Of a DNA stretch of 64,000 nt, positions 13,869 to 28,231 are shown piece by piece (position 1 is the first letter of the stretch; every line of letters starts with the position of its first letter). The stretch lies in the NCBI RefSeq assembly GCF_009914755.1, contig NC_060947.1; one strand, written 5' to 3'. Position numbers and translations under genes: made by a program. Under the pieces are notes generated by a model. The model had not been told where the DNA came from and did no database searches. It saw only the letters and a program-made list of their open reading frames with translations. Source of the stretch: the human T2T-CHM13v2.0 reference genome, Homo sapiens.

Positions 13869-15152
13869 ATCACTGGGCAGGACCTCCCAGCTAGGGCCTC
13901 CAGCCACCCCCACTCACATGTATTCTATAGACAGAGCTCTGATCTCTCCCTGGGACAGAGTACCTAAATGTAGGGGAGGGCTGCCAGGTTGATTGTTTGG
14001 ACAACTCATCCATTCCAGCCTGTGGGCTTTAAAGAGCCCAAGCTGACAGGGTCACAGTTGGTTCATCAGCATGACATGGCTATTTTGTCAAGGCATGGCC
14101 AGACTGCTTTTTTAAGTGGGACTGCAGTTCACTTCTTGTGATAAGGGTTTTCTCACCCAGGGCTTCTGGCCACCCCTGCCTATGTTTTAAGGCTGAGACG
14201 GAGTGCTAATTTCTCCCTGGGGTGGAGTGCCGGGGGGTGGGGAAGACCACCATGTTGGCTATTTGGGCATCTCAGCCAGTCTAGCCTATTGGCCTTGGAG
14301 AGGCCAAACCAATTGGGGGCTGAAGAGATCCCCAACACAGCACAGCTGCTCTCCGCAAAAGCAATCAGAATGCATCTTTAAGGGGTTTCTTGATCCCATT
14401 CCTCTGACTGTGTGAGACGTCCCAACCAGGGTCTCCACCCACCTCCTACAGGTGCGTTCAGTCTGGTAACAGGTCAGTACCCCCCTGGGACAGAGCTTCC
14501 AGAGACAGTGGCAAAAGGCCATATTTGCTGTTTCACAGCATTCACTAGTGATACCTCCAGGTACTGGACAAACATAGGTGACTAAAATATAGAGCAGACC
14601 CACTGCGGACTGCAGCAGCCCTATGGAAGAGTGGCCAGATGGTTAAAAGAAAAACAAAGGAACAAACAACAAAAAAAACCAGAAAAACTCCATCCAAAGG
14701 TAAGCAATCTCAAAAACAGAAGGTAGATGAGCCCACAAAGATGAGAAAGAATCAGCACAAAAATGCTGAAAACTCAAAAAGCCAGAGTGCCCCTTTTCCT
14801 CCAAATAACTGCAACACCTCTGCAGGAAGGGTTCAGAACTGGGATAAGGCTGAGATGGCTGAAATGACAGAACTAGGCTTCAGAATGTGGGTAAAAATGA
14901 ACTTCACTGAGCTAAAGAAGCATGTTGTAACTCAATGCAAAGAAGCTAAGAGGTATGATAGAACAGTGCATGAGCTGACAGCCAAAATAGCCAATATAGA
15001 GAGGATCATAACCAACCTGATAGAGCTAAAAGCACACTATAAGAATTTCACAATGCAATCACAAGTATTAATAACAGAATAGATCAAGTAGAGGAAAGAA
15101 TCTCAAAGCTTGAAGCCTATCTTTCTGAAGTAAGACAGGCAGACAAAAATAG
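13869..15152 (+). mobile_element. L1PA13-16/L1PREC-type 5'UTR and ORF1 N-terminal fragment
   Basis: GC-rich 5'UTR with ~265-bp imperfect repeats (ccagggcctccagccaccccc-like units near 13890, 14160, 14425). ORF 14639-15082 contains MRKNQHKNAENSKSQSA..., which is L1 ORF1p-like. Confidence 0.8.
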
Positions 15153-15692
15153 ATCATCCCCCCTGCAAGGACAACAAGTTAATAAGTATCTACATAGAAA
15201 AAACACCTTCATAAGAAACGAAAATTAGGTGAGCACTCATGGTACCTGGTTTTAACTTTATATCACTGTAAAAAAGCACCTAAGAGATAGAAAAAAACAG
15301 TCTGGAATCGCGGATGCCACCACTTCCCCAACATCCAGCAGCAGCAGCTTGTTGCTGCGAGCCTGTCTGAGTATTTTTGTAGGGATAACACAGCAATTGT
15401 GGGGAATAGAACTTGGTGCTGTCCTGTAAGAGCAGAAAGAAAAACCAGAACAAAGTCAGCTGATGGCCGTTCAGAAAGGGAACATTTAAACCAGCCCTAG
15501 CCAGAGGGAAATCCCAATCTAAGCAGTCCAAATTTGAGTTCATGAAACCTCACCACGAAAGAACTACAGCACTCTGTGTCCCCAAGTAAATTTGAAAGGC
15601 AGTCTAGAGCATGATGACTACATCTCTTAGGCAACATCTAGTGCAGAACTAGGCCAAGATAAAGTGGACTTGGGCTGGTGGGGGGATCATTT

Positions 15693-16297
15693 TGTGTCCA
15701 GAGTTGGTTCCTTCCAGTGGGTTTGTGGTCTCACTGACTTCAAGAATGGAGCCGCAGGCCTTCGTGGTGAGTGTTACAGCTCTTAAAGATGGCACGGACC
15801 CAAATAGTGAGCAGCAGCAAGATTTATTGTGAAGAGCGGAAGAACAAAGCTTCCAAAGTGTGGAAGAGGACCTGAGTGGGTAGCCACTGCTGGCTGGGGT
15901 GGCCAGCTTTTATTCCCTTATTTGTCCCCTCCCATGTTCTGTTTCTGTCCTATCATAGTGTCGTTTTTTTCAATCCTCCCTGCAATTGGCTACTTTTAGG
16001 ATCCTGCTGATTGGTGCATTTTACAGAGTGCTGATTAGTACATTTTATAATCCCCTTGCTAACTACAGAGTGATGATTGGTGCGTTTTTACAGAGTGCTG
16101 ATTGGTGCATTTTACAATCCTCTTGCTAGCTACAGGGTGTTAATTGGTGCGTTTTTACAGAGCACTGATTGGTGCATTTTACAATCCCTTTGCTAGCTAC
16201 AGAGCACTGATTAATGTGTTTTACAATCCTCTTGTAAGACAGAAAAGTTCTCCAAGTCCCCACTCGACACAGGAAGTCCAGCTGGCTTCACCTCTCA
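15693..16297 (-). mobile_element. Solo LTR12-family (ERV9) LTR, LTR12F-like
   Basis: TG...CA termini (tgtgtcc ... cttcacctctca), 4-bp TSD ATTT on both sides, and tandem gctgattggtgcattttaca units. Confidence 0.92.
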
Positions 16298-19200
16298 ATT
16301 TGACATAGTGAGACACCAACTGGGGCAGCCATGGGAGTGCTAGCATCACCCTCCCCTGGCCCCAGGCCACGTAGCACAGCTTGCAGCTCTAAATAAGACT
16401 CCTTCCTTCTGATTTAGGAAAGGAGAAGGAAGAGTAAAGGAAGAGTGGGGAGGACTTTGTCTTGCATCTTCGATGCCATGTCAGCCATACCAAAATAGGG
16501 CATCAGTCAGAGTTGTGAGGCCCACATTCTAGGCCCTAGCTCCCAGACATTTCTAGACACACTCTGAGCCAGAAGGAAACCCATTGCCTTGATGAAAAGG
16601 ACCTAGCCCTGGCAGTATTCACATCTGCTAACTGAAGAGCCTTTGGTCCCTAAATAACCAGAAGCAATACCCAGGTAGTACATTGACGGCCTTGGGTTAG
16701 CCCTTAGACTTTCTGGCTTCAGGTAAGACTCAGCACATTACCAGCTGTAATGGCCATAGGACAAACCTCCTTCTGCTTGAAAAAAGCAGAGGAAAAAGTA
16801 AAGGGAACTTTGCATAGCAACTTAGGTACCAGCATGACCACAAGGGGGCAGAGCACAAAGTGGGCTCTTAAGCCAGTGAATTTTTACAGCTTGCCTTGGG
16901 CTAGGACCAGTGCTGGGCTGGCTTCAAATGTGACCCAGCACATAGTGGTGGTGGTAACAATGGTGCTTGTGTCATTTCACCTCCAGCTTTAGGTGGCTCA
17001 GAAAAGAGAGAGACTCTACATTTTTGGGAGAACAAAAGGAAAAGGAACAAAAGTCTCTGCCTGGTAAATCTGAGAATTCTCCCAGATCTTGTTGAAGACC
17101 ATCAAGGCAGTACCTCTATGAATCTGAAAGGACAACAGTTCTACTGGGCTTGAGGTGCCCCCTAAAGTAGATACTGATTAAATCACAATACCCAAGTCCT
17201 TTCGAATATCTGGAAACCCTTCCCATGAAGCACATCTATAACTAAGCCCAGACAATAAATACTACAATAAATAGCCAACTCTTCAATGCCCAGACACCAA
17301 AGAACATCTACCAGCATCAACATCATCCACGGAAACATGACCTCAATAAATGAACGAAATAAGGTACCAGGGACCAATTCTGGGTAAACAGAGATATGTA
17401 ACCGTTCAGGCAGATAATTCAAAAGAGCTGTGTTGAGGAAACACAAAGAAATTGAAGATAATGCAGAGAAGGAATCCAGAATTCTATCAGATACATTTAA
17501 CAAAGAGATTAACTAATTGAAAAAATCAGGAAGAAATCCTGGAGCATAAAAGTGCAATTTTACCACTGGAGAATGCACCAGAGTCTTTTAAGAGCAGGAT
17601 GGATCTAGCAGAAGATAGTAATAGTGAGTTTGAAGACAGCTACTTGAAAATACACAGTCAGAAAAGACAAAATAAAAAAAAAGAATAGAAAACAATGAAG
17701 CACACCTTCAGAAACCAGAAAAAACCCTCAAAAGGGCAAATCTAAAAGTTATTGGCCTTAAAGAGAAGGTAGGGAAAAGATAGAAGTAGCAAGTTCATTT
17801 AAAGGGATAATAAGAGAGAACTTCCCAAACCTAGGAAAAGTTATCCGTATCCAAAAAAAAAAAAAAAAAGTTATAGAACATCAAGTAGATTTACCCCCAA
17901 AATGACGACCTCAAGCCATTTAATAATGAAACTTCCAAAGGTTAAGATAAAGGAAAGATACCAAAAGCAGCAAGAGAAAAGAAACAAGTAACATTAAATG
18001 AAGCTATAATACATCTGGCAGCACACTTTTCAGTGGAAGCCTTACAGGCCAAAAGAGAGTGGCATGATATATCTAAAGTGCTGAACAACAATAACAAAAA
18101 AAACCTTTTACTCTAGAATAATATATCTGGTGAAAATATTATTCAAACATGAAAAGGAAATAAAGCCCTTCACAAACAAATGAAAGCTGAGGGATTTCAT
18201 CAACACCAGGCCTGTCCTACAAGAAATGCTAAAGGGAGAACTTCAATAAAAAATATAAAGACATTAATGATCAATAAATAATTGCCTGAAGGTATAAAAC
18301 TCACTAATGACATTAAGTAAAAAGAAAAACACAGAATATTATAACACTAACTATGGTGTGTAAACTACTCTTAATTAGAAAGACAAAACGAAAAATAATA
18401 AGTACAACTTTTCAAGACATAGTACAATACGATATAAATAGAAACAACAAAATGTTAAAGCAGGGGTAATAGCTAAAACAGATTTTTTTTATTAGTTTTC
18501 TTTTTGTTTGTTTGTTTATGCAAATAGTGTTGTTATTAGATTAAAATAATGGATTAGAAGATGATAGTATTTGCACACCTCCCAGTAACCTCAAACCAAA
18601 AAACATACAATGGATACACAAAAAATAAAAACAAGAAACAAAATTATATCACCAGAAAAATTAACTTGATTACAGAAAGACAGGAAGAAAGGAAATAAGG
18701 AAGAGATGACCACAAAACAAACAGAAAACAAATAACAAACAAATTAGCAGGAGTAAGCCCTTACTCATCGATAATAACATTGAATGTAAATGGACTAAAT
18801 GATCCAATCAAAAGACATAGACTGGCTGAATGAATAAAAAAGACAAGACTCATTGATCTTTTGCCTATGAGTAACAAGTTTTACCTATAAAGACACACAT
18901 AGATGAAAAATAAAGAGATGGAAAAATATATTCCATGCCTTTGGAAACCAAAAAAGAGCATAAGTAGCTATACTAATATCAGACAAAATATAATTTAAGA
19001 CAAAAACTATAAAAAGTGAAAAAGATGGTCACTATATCATGATAAAGGTATCTATTCAACAAGAGGATCTAAAAACTTTTCATATATATGCACCCAACAC
19101 TGGAGCACACAGATACATAAAACAAATATTGTTAGAGCTTAAGAGAGAGATAGGACCCAGTACAATAATAGCAGGAGACTTCAACACCCCACTTTCAGCA

Positions 19201-21776
19201 TTGGATAGATCGTGTAGACAGAAAATCAACAAAGAAACATGAGACTTAATCTGCACTGAAGAACAAATGGATCTAATACATATTTATAGTCATTTCATCC
19301 AAGAGCTTCAGAATAGACACTCTTTTCCTTAGCACATGGATAATTCCCAAAGATAGTCATATGTTAGGTCACAAAACAAGTTTTAAAACATTCAAAAAAA
19401 ACCTGAAATAATATCAAGGATCACCTCTGACCACAATGAAATAAAACTAGAAATTAATAACAAGATAAATTTTAGCAACTATAGAAATACATGGGAATTA
19501 AACAATATGTCCCTGAATGATAAGTTGGTCAATGAATAAATTAAGATGGAAATTAACAAATTTCTTGAAACAAGTGGTAATGGAAACACAACATATCAGA
19601 ACCCATGGAATACAGGAAAACCAGCACTAGGAGGGAAGTTTGCAGCTATAAGTGCTTACATCAAAAAGAGGAAAAATTTCAAATAAGCAATCTAACAATG
19701 TGTCTTAAAGAACTAGAAAAGCAAGAGGAAATGAAATCCAAAATTAGCAGAAGAAAATAAATAATAAAAATCAGAGCTAAAATAAATGACATTGAAATGC
19801 AAACCACAATACAAAAGATCAATGAAACAAGAATTTGTTTTTTAAAAAGTTAAACAAAATTGACAAACTTTTAGCCAGACTAAGAAAAATAGAGAAAATA
19901 TCCAAATTAATAAGATCAGAAATGAAAAGGAGACATTAAAACTGATACTGCAGAATTTAAAGGATCAATAGTGGCTGCTGTGAGCAACTATAGGCCAATA
20001 AATGAGAAAATCTGGAAGAATTTGACAAATTCCTAGATACATAAAACCTACCAAGATTGAACCAAAAATAAATCTAAAACCTGAACAGATGAATAACAAG
20101 TAATGAGATGAAAGCCATAATAAAAATCTCTCCATAAAATAAAGCAAAAAAAAAAAAAAAAAAGCCCAGGACCCATGGCTTCACTGCTGAGTTTGACCAA
20201 ATATTTAAAGAAGAATTAATAACAATCTCACTCAAGCTATTCTATTCTGAATAATAGAGGAGGAGGTAACACTTTGAAACTCATTCTGTTAGGCCAGTAT
20301 TATCCTGATACCAAAAGCCAACAAAAACAGATCAATAAAAAGGAAAGTAGGGGCCAATATAGATGGAAAATATTGATGCAAAAAATTGTCAACAAAATAC
20401 TAGCAAACAGAATTCAACAATACATTAGAAAAAATATTCATCATGATCAAGAGGGATTTATTTCTGGAATGTCAGGATAGTTCAACATATGCAAATTAAT
20501 CAATGTGATACATCATATCAACAGAATGAAGAATAAAATCCATATGATCATTTCAATTGATGCTGAAAAAGCAAAAGCATTTGATGAAATTAAACATCCT
20601 TTCATGATAAAAACCCTAAAACAACTGGGGATAGAGGGAACGTATCTCAACATATTAATAGCCATATACAATGGACTCAGAACTATTATCATACTGAGTG
20701 CTGAAAAACTGCAAGCTTTTTCTCTAGTATCTGGAACACGAAAAGTTTACCTGCTGTCATCACTTTTATTAAACATAACACTTAAAGTCCTAGATAGACC
20801 AGTCAGACAAGTAAAAGATGTAAAGGTCACCCAAAATGGAAAGGATGACATCAAATTATCCTTTTTTGTGCATGATACTATCATATACTTGGAAAAACCT
20901 AAAGGATCCACAAGAAATCTACTAGAACTGATCAACAAATTCAGTAAACTTGCAGGATAAAAAATCAACATACAAAAATCAGTAGCATTCCATATGTCAA
21001 CAGTGTGAAGAATCTGAAAAAGAAATTAAAAAGTTATCCCATTTACAATAGCCACACATAAAATAAAATACCTAGGAAACACTTAACCAAGGAAGTGAAA
21101 GATATATAAGGAAAATTATAAAACACTGATGAAAGAAATTAAAGAGGACACACACTCCCACAAATTCCATGTTCATAGATTGAAAAAATCAATAATGTTA
21201 AAATGTCCATACTACCCAAAGCAATCTATAGATTCAATGCAGTCTCTATCAAAATACCAATTACATTATTCACAGAAATAGAAAAACAAATTGAAAATTA
21301 ATGTGGAACCACTACAGACCCTGAATAGCCAAAGCTATACTAAGCAAAAAGAACAAAACTGGAGGAATCACATTACCTGACTTCAAATTATACTGCAAAG
21401 CTATAGTAACCAAAACAGCATGTTACTGGTGTAAAAACAGACACATAGACCAATGAAATGGAATAGAGAATGAGGTAACAAGTCCACACACCTACAGTGA
21501 ACTCATTTTAGACAAAGATGCCACAAACACACACTGGGGAAAAGACAGTCTCCTAAGTAAGTGGTGCTGGGAAACCTGGATATCTATGTTCAGGAGACTA
21601 AAACTAGACCCTCATATCTCACCATATTAAAAAAAATCAAAGCAACATGGATTAAACATTTAAATCTAAGACCTTAAACTATGAAACTACTACAAGAAAA
21701 CATTGGGTAAAATCTCCAGGACATTGGTCTGAGCGAAAATTTCTTGAGCAATATCTCCACAAGCACAGGCAACCAA

Positions 21777-21862
21777 AAGAAGAAGAAGAAGGAGAAGGAG
21801 AAGGAGAAGGAGAGGAAGAGGAAGAGGAAGAGGAGGAAGAGGAGGAAGAGGAAGAGGAAGAA
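21777..21862 (+). repeat. Purine-only (GAA/GGA/GAAGGA)n simple repeat within L1
   Basis: Seen directly: aagaagaagaagaaggagaaggag...gaggaagaggaag. Confidence 0.95.
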
Positions 21863-22595
21863 AAATAAGATTATTTCAAGTTAAAAAGCTGCATAGCAAA
21901 GGACACAACCCACAGAATGGGAGAGAATATTTGCAAACTACTCATTTGACAAGAGATTAATAAGTAGAATTTATAATTTGATCAAAAAATGAGCAAAAGA
22001 TTTGAAAAAAACATTTGTTAAAAAAAGACAAGAAACAGTTATATGAGAAGGTGCTCAACATCATTGATCATCAGAGAAATGCAAATCAAAACTACAATGA
22101 GATATTATCTCATCTTAGTTAAAACAACATATTCAAAAGACAGTCAATAACAAATGCTGGTGGGGATGTGGAGAAAAGGGAATCCTTGTACGCTGTTGGT
22201 GGGAATGTACATTATTACAACCACTATGTAGAACAATTTGGATGTTCCTCAATCAACTAAAAATTGAGCTACCATATGACCCAGCAATTCCACTGATGGT
22301 AGTATATACAGAAAAGAAAGGAAATCAGTATATTGAAGAGCTATCTGCAATCCTATGTTTGTCACAACAGTGTTTACAATAGCTAAGATTTGGAAGCAAC
22401 CTAAGTTTCCATCAACAAATAAGTGGCTAAAGAAAATTTGGTACTTATACACAATGAAGTACTATTCAGCCATTAGAAAAATGAGATATTGTCATTTGCA
22501 ACCACATGGATGGAACTGGAGATCATTATGTTAAGTGAAATAAGCCAGGCACAGAAACACAAACATTGCATGTTCTCACTTATTTGTGGGTTCTA

Positions 22596-23097
<502 letters not shown>

Positions 23098-23299
23098 TTA
23101 ATTGTATATTTTAAAATAACATAAAGAGTGTAATTGGATTGTTTGTAACTCAAAGGATAAATGCTTGAGGGAATGGACACCCTATTCGCCATTATGTGCT
23201 TACTTTATATTGCATGCCTGTAGCAAAATATCTCATGTACCCCATAAATATATACACCTACTATGTACCCACAAACATAAAAAATAAAATCAGCCAAAC

Positions 23300-23770
23300 C
23301 CCCCCAAAAAACGATATAATCCTGATGAAAAAAATCAAAGAAACCCCTGAAGAAATGAAAGACATCCTGTACTTATAGATTGGAAGACTTAATATTTTTT
23401 AATGTTTGTACTGTAAGTGATTTACAGATTCAATACTATCCCTATCAAAATTACAATGACATTTGTTACAATCTCAGAAGAAAACCTTAAATTTATGAGG
23501 GACTACAAAAGATATCAGACATTTAAAGCAATCTTTAGAATGAACAACAAAGCTGGAAGAGTCATACTTCTGGATTTCAAAATATATTACAAAGGGATAG
23601 TAATTAAAACACTATGTTACTGGCATAAAAGCATATATATAAACCAAAGGAACAGAATAGAATGTTCAAAAATAAGCCATTACATAAAAGGTCAACTGAT
23701 TTCGATGAGGGTGCCAAGAATACATAATGAGAAAAAGATAGTTCCTGCAAAAAATGATGCTGAAAAAACT
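23300..23770 (+). mobile_element. L1M ORF2 C-terminal fragment
   Basis: ORF 23417-23839 IYRFNTIPIKI...LLDFKIYYKGIVIKTLCYW is L1 ORF2-like. Confidence 0.85.
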
Positions 23771-25932
23771 GCCTGGCTTATTTCACTTAATGTCTTCCAG
23801 GCTTGTCCAGGAAACATGATTTCATTTGTTAAAGGCTGAATAACATTCCATTGTGTATATACACCATATTTTCTTCATTCATCTATTGATGAAGACTTTG
23901 GTTGGTTCCATATGTTGACTATAGTAAATGCTGCTGCAATAAACATGAGGCTACAGATATCTCTTCAACATAGTAACTTCTCTTTTTGGATATGTACTCA
24001 GTAGAGAGATTACTGAATCATATGGTAATTCTACTTTTAGTTTTTTAAGGAATCCCTATACTGTTTTCCATAATGGCCGTACTAATTTACATTCCCACCA
24101 GTGTATTAGAGTTCCCTTTTCTCCCAATCCTCACCAACATTTGTTATTCTCAGCCTTTTTTATAAAAACCATTCTATCTAATATCTTATAGTGGTTTTGA
24201 TTTGCATTTCCCTGATTAGTTTCCCAACATTAGTGATGTTAAACATTTTTTCATATACGTGATTTGTCATTTGTATGTCTTATTTTGAGAAATGTCTATT
24301 CAGATTATTAGCCAATTTTTAAATGAATAATTGTAACTTTTTACTCGTATAAATTTAAGGAGTACAAGTACAGTTTTTTTAACAAGGATATATTGTGTAG
24401 TGATGATGTCTGGGCTTTTAGTGTAACAATCAGGTGAATAGTTGACATTGTACTCATTATGTAATTTCTTACATCCATTTTTTTAGTCAGATTATTTGTT
24501 GTTTTCTGTTGAGTTGTTTGGCTCCTTGTATATTCTGGATATCAATCCCTTGTCAGACAAATAGTTTGTAAAAATGTTCTCCCACTTTGCAGATTGTGTC
24601 TTCACTCTATGGTTGCCTTTTCTGTGTAGAAGCTTTTTAGTCTGATATAATCCTATTTGTCTATTTTTGTTTGTGTTGTCTGTGCTTTTAAGGACTTATT
24701 AATTTAACATTTTTAAATTTGTATGCAAACATATTAGGTGGGATATTTACAGGGTATATGAGATATTTTGATAAAGGCATACAAAGTCTAATAATTACAC
24801 TGGAATAAATGGGGTATTAATCTCAAACATTTATCAATTATGTGTGTTAACAACATTCCAAATATACTCTTTAAGTTATTTTAAAATGTACAATGAGTTG
24901 TTATTTACTGCAGTCACCCCGTTGTGCTACTAATTACTGGATATTAACTCTATGAAACTATATTTTTGTGCCCATTAACCATCCAAACTTCCCCCCCCAC
25001 CCCCACTATCCTTGCCAGCCCGTAGTAGCCATCATTCTCCTCTCTACCTTCATGAGATCAACTGTTTTAAGTTATAGCTTCTACAAATGAGTGTGAACAC
25101 GTGCTGTTTGTTTTACTATGCCTGGCTTAATTCACTTAACATAGTTACCTCCACTTCTGTCCATGTGTTTGCAAATGACAGGATCTCATTTATTTTTATG
25201 GCTGAATAGTATTCCATTATGTATAAGTACTGCATTTTCTTTATCCAGTCATCTGTTGATGGACACTTACATGGATTTCAAATCTTGGCTATTGTGAACA
25301 GTGATGCCATAAACATGGAAGTACAGATATCTCTTCGATGTACTGATTTCCTGTCTTTTGAGTGTATACCTAGAAGTAGGATTGCTGGATAATATGATAA
25401 TTCTATTTTTAGTTTTTCTAGAGACAGCCATACTGTGCTTCATAGTGACTTACTAATTTACATTCCCACCAACAGTGTACAAGGGCCCCCTTTTCTCCAC
25501 ATCCTCACCAGCACTGTTATTGCCTGCCTTTTGGATAAAAGCCATTTTAACTGAGGTTACATGTCTCATTGTAGTTTTGATTTACATTTCTCAAATGATC
25601 AATGATTTTGACGTTACATGTCTCATTGTAGTTTTGATTTACATTTCTCAAATGATCAATGATTTTGAGCACTTTTTCACATACCCCTCTGCCCTTTGTA
25701 TGTTTTCTTTTGAGAAATGTCTATTCAGTTCTTTTGCCTATTTTAAAATCAGATTGTTAGATTTATTTCCTGTTGAATTGTTTGAGCATCTTACATATTC
25801 TGGTTATTAATTCCTTACCATATGAATAGTTTGCAAATATTTTATCCCATTCTGTGGGTTGTATCTTCACTTTTTTGATTGTTTCATTTGCTGTGCAAGA
25901 GCCTTTTAACTTGATGGGATCCCACTTGCCTA
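23771..25932 (-). mobile_element. Antisense L1MA fragments, including an L1MA3-like 3' end at ~24700-25932
   Basis: Reverse-complement L1 3' motifs (gcctggcttatttcacttaa, tactaatttacattcccaccaacagtg, tttgagaaatgtctattcag). Confidence 0.85.
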
Positions 25933-25939
25933 TTCTTAA

Positions 25940-26720
25940 AGAATGGTATGGCTAGATACAGACTTCTTGTTTGATGTTTTATATTCTTTCAGCATTTTAC
26001 ACATGTCATTCCGCTGTCATTTGTTCTCCATTTTTTCTGATGTAAAACCTGCTGTTAATCTTATTGATGAATACTTGTATGTGATAAATATTGCCTCTCT
26101 TGATGCTGTCAAGATCCCCCCTTTCTCTTTACTTTTCAACATTTTGATTATAAAATGTTTCATTGTGGATATCTTTGAGATTGTCCTACTTGGAGTTCAT
26201 TATACTTCTTGTATGTGTAGATTCAGATCTCTGAAAGTGTCTAGTGAATATTTCTTCTAATATTCTTTCTGTCCTTTGCCCTATTTTTCTTCCTTCTAGG
26301 ACTTCTACTGTGTGTATGTTGACATGCTTGATGTTGTCAAACAGGTTTCTTAGACTCTGTTTACTTTTTTCATTATTTTTTACTTTCTGCTCTCAAACTA
26401 GATATCATTTGAATTACATTCAAGTTGGTTGATTATTCTACTTGTTTATATTTACTGTTGAACTAGTCTAGTATATTTTTAAAATTGTAGTTATTGTACT
26501 TTTCAGTTGTAGAATTTTATCAGAATTTCTTTGGGTCTTTTTTATAAGTTTTATCTCTTTTGCTGTATTTTCTACTTGGTAAGGCATCATTCATCTAGTT
26601 TCTTTTAGGCTTTGTTCATGAGTTTCTTTAGATATTTGAATATTTTGACACATAATTTAATGTCATTGTCTGGTGAGTCCAATGTGTAGGCTTCCTTAGA
26701 GACAGTTTCTATTGATGATC
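25940..26720 (-). mobile_element. Old L1M ORF1-region remnant
   Basis: T-rich reverse-strand ORF1-like motifs (cctgctgttaatcttattga, gtcctacttggagttcat). Confidence 0.6.
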
Positions 26721-28013
26721 TTTCAAGGAGCCACCAGAGAGGTCCATGTCCACAACTGTAGTTCTCCAAAATTAATGTTCACATTGCTCCCTGTATCACC
26801 AGCAATACCTAACATAAATGTGGGCTACGATCTTCACAGCCATCACCTTGCTAGAAAGGGTGGGATTATTTGGAAATAATCTAAATTATTTTTGTTTCAT
26901 AAAATGATATCACAAGGCATATGAATTATGCATGAATTCATTTTATACAGGCAACACTTGGCTTTGATATACCTCACCTGTTCAATGATTATGGAACTAA
27001 AATGCCTATTAAGTGAATTGCTTTTTAATTCTCTGACACCAAAAGAATAGTAGAGTATTGAAGGCCATATTTAATTAGTCTTTATATGGGACTGAAAACA
27101 ATTGTATTTGATAGTTTTATGTGGTCTGATTCATTCTGGGTTCTCACAGACAGAATGGCTCTGTTCAAGCAGTTAAATAAACTTTGCCAGCTTCAATTCT
27201 TTACATTACATCCAGTATAATATAAATGTATGCATGCTGTTTTTATAATATAAATGTATGCATCCTGTTTCATAGGTTTTATTTATATATTAGTAGGGAA
27301 TTTAATTTCAATCTTTCTACTATATATTGACATTCAATGGCCTCAGAGTGAAGATGAATTTGAGTTCTAATTCCTATACGGTTTCAAGGTACCTGTGAAT
27401 GATCCAGTTAAACAACTACTATGCTGAATCACAAACTTTTTGCATTGATTCACTTCATCTGCCCTCATGTGTTAAACTGCAGTGTGTAGTTTCACACTTT
27501 ATTTCTGCTCACTCATGTTTTCCTATGTCTTTCCTAAATCCCTTCTAACAAAACCAACTAGAACAGGGCCTGCCTTTTGTCTTGCCACTTTTACTATGGG
27601 TTTTCACACATTGATCTGCGTGATCTCCAATCTCCATCCCCCATCTTGTCCCACAAACTACATATTGCTGTTGCAATACAGATCCACTAGAATTCAGAGA
27701 TGACTCCTGAAGAATACTGTATCTTGGATCTCTAACTACATTAAAATCATAAGATTTTTCTATTATTTTGTGGATTTTTTCATATTGTATTTCAAAATCA
27801 CCATTAAAATCTCTTTTGTCTCACCAAAGTTGATCTTGTTTGTTCTATGCTAAAGAAATTGCCAGTAGTTTTCTAGGAATATCTGGGACTAAATGTTTTT
27901 CTTCAAAAGGAAGAGAAGGGAACTGGCTTCAACAATGTCATAATATTAGGTCAAGCTTTGTTCCAGGGGGTAGTAAAAGGCTATCACTCATTTTTCCTCC
28001 TCTACCCTTCTCT

Positions 28014-28231
28014 CTTTTTTTTTTTTTATTATACTTTAAGTTTTAGGGTACACGTGCACAACGTGCAGGTTTGTTACATATGTATACATGTGCCATGTTG
28101 GTGTGCTGCACCCATTAACTCGTCATTTACCATTAGGTATATCTCCTAATGCTATCCCTGCCCCCTCCCCCAACCCCACAACAGGCCCTGGTGTGTGATG
28201 TTCCCCTTCCTGTGTCCATTGTGCTCCTCAT
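28014..28231 (-). mobile_element. L1PA4/5-like 3' end
   Basis: Poly-T followed by attatactttaagttttagggtaca...ggtgtgtgatgttccccttcctgtgtcc. Confidence 0.92.

Noticed and set aside
15995-16230. Regularly spaced direct repeats resembling a CRISPR array
   Set aside because: The spacers are themselves repetitive. These are the normal CCAAT-containing tandem units of an LTR12 LTR in mammalian DNA.
14639-20960. Longer ORFs (147 aa, 151 aa) as novel genes or an active L1
   Set aside because: They are fragments of L1 ORF1/ORF2 broken by many stops and frameshifts.
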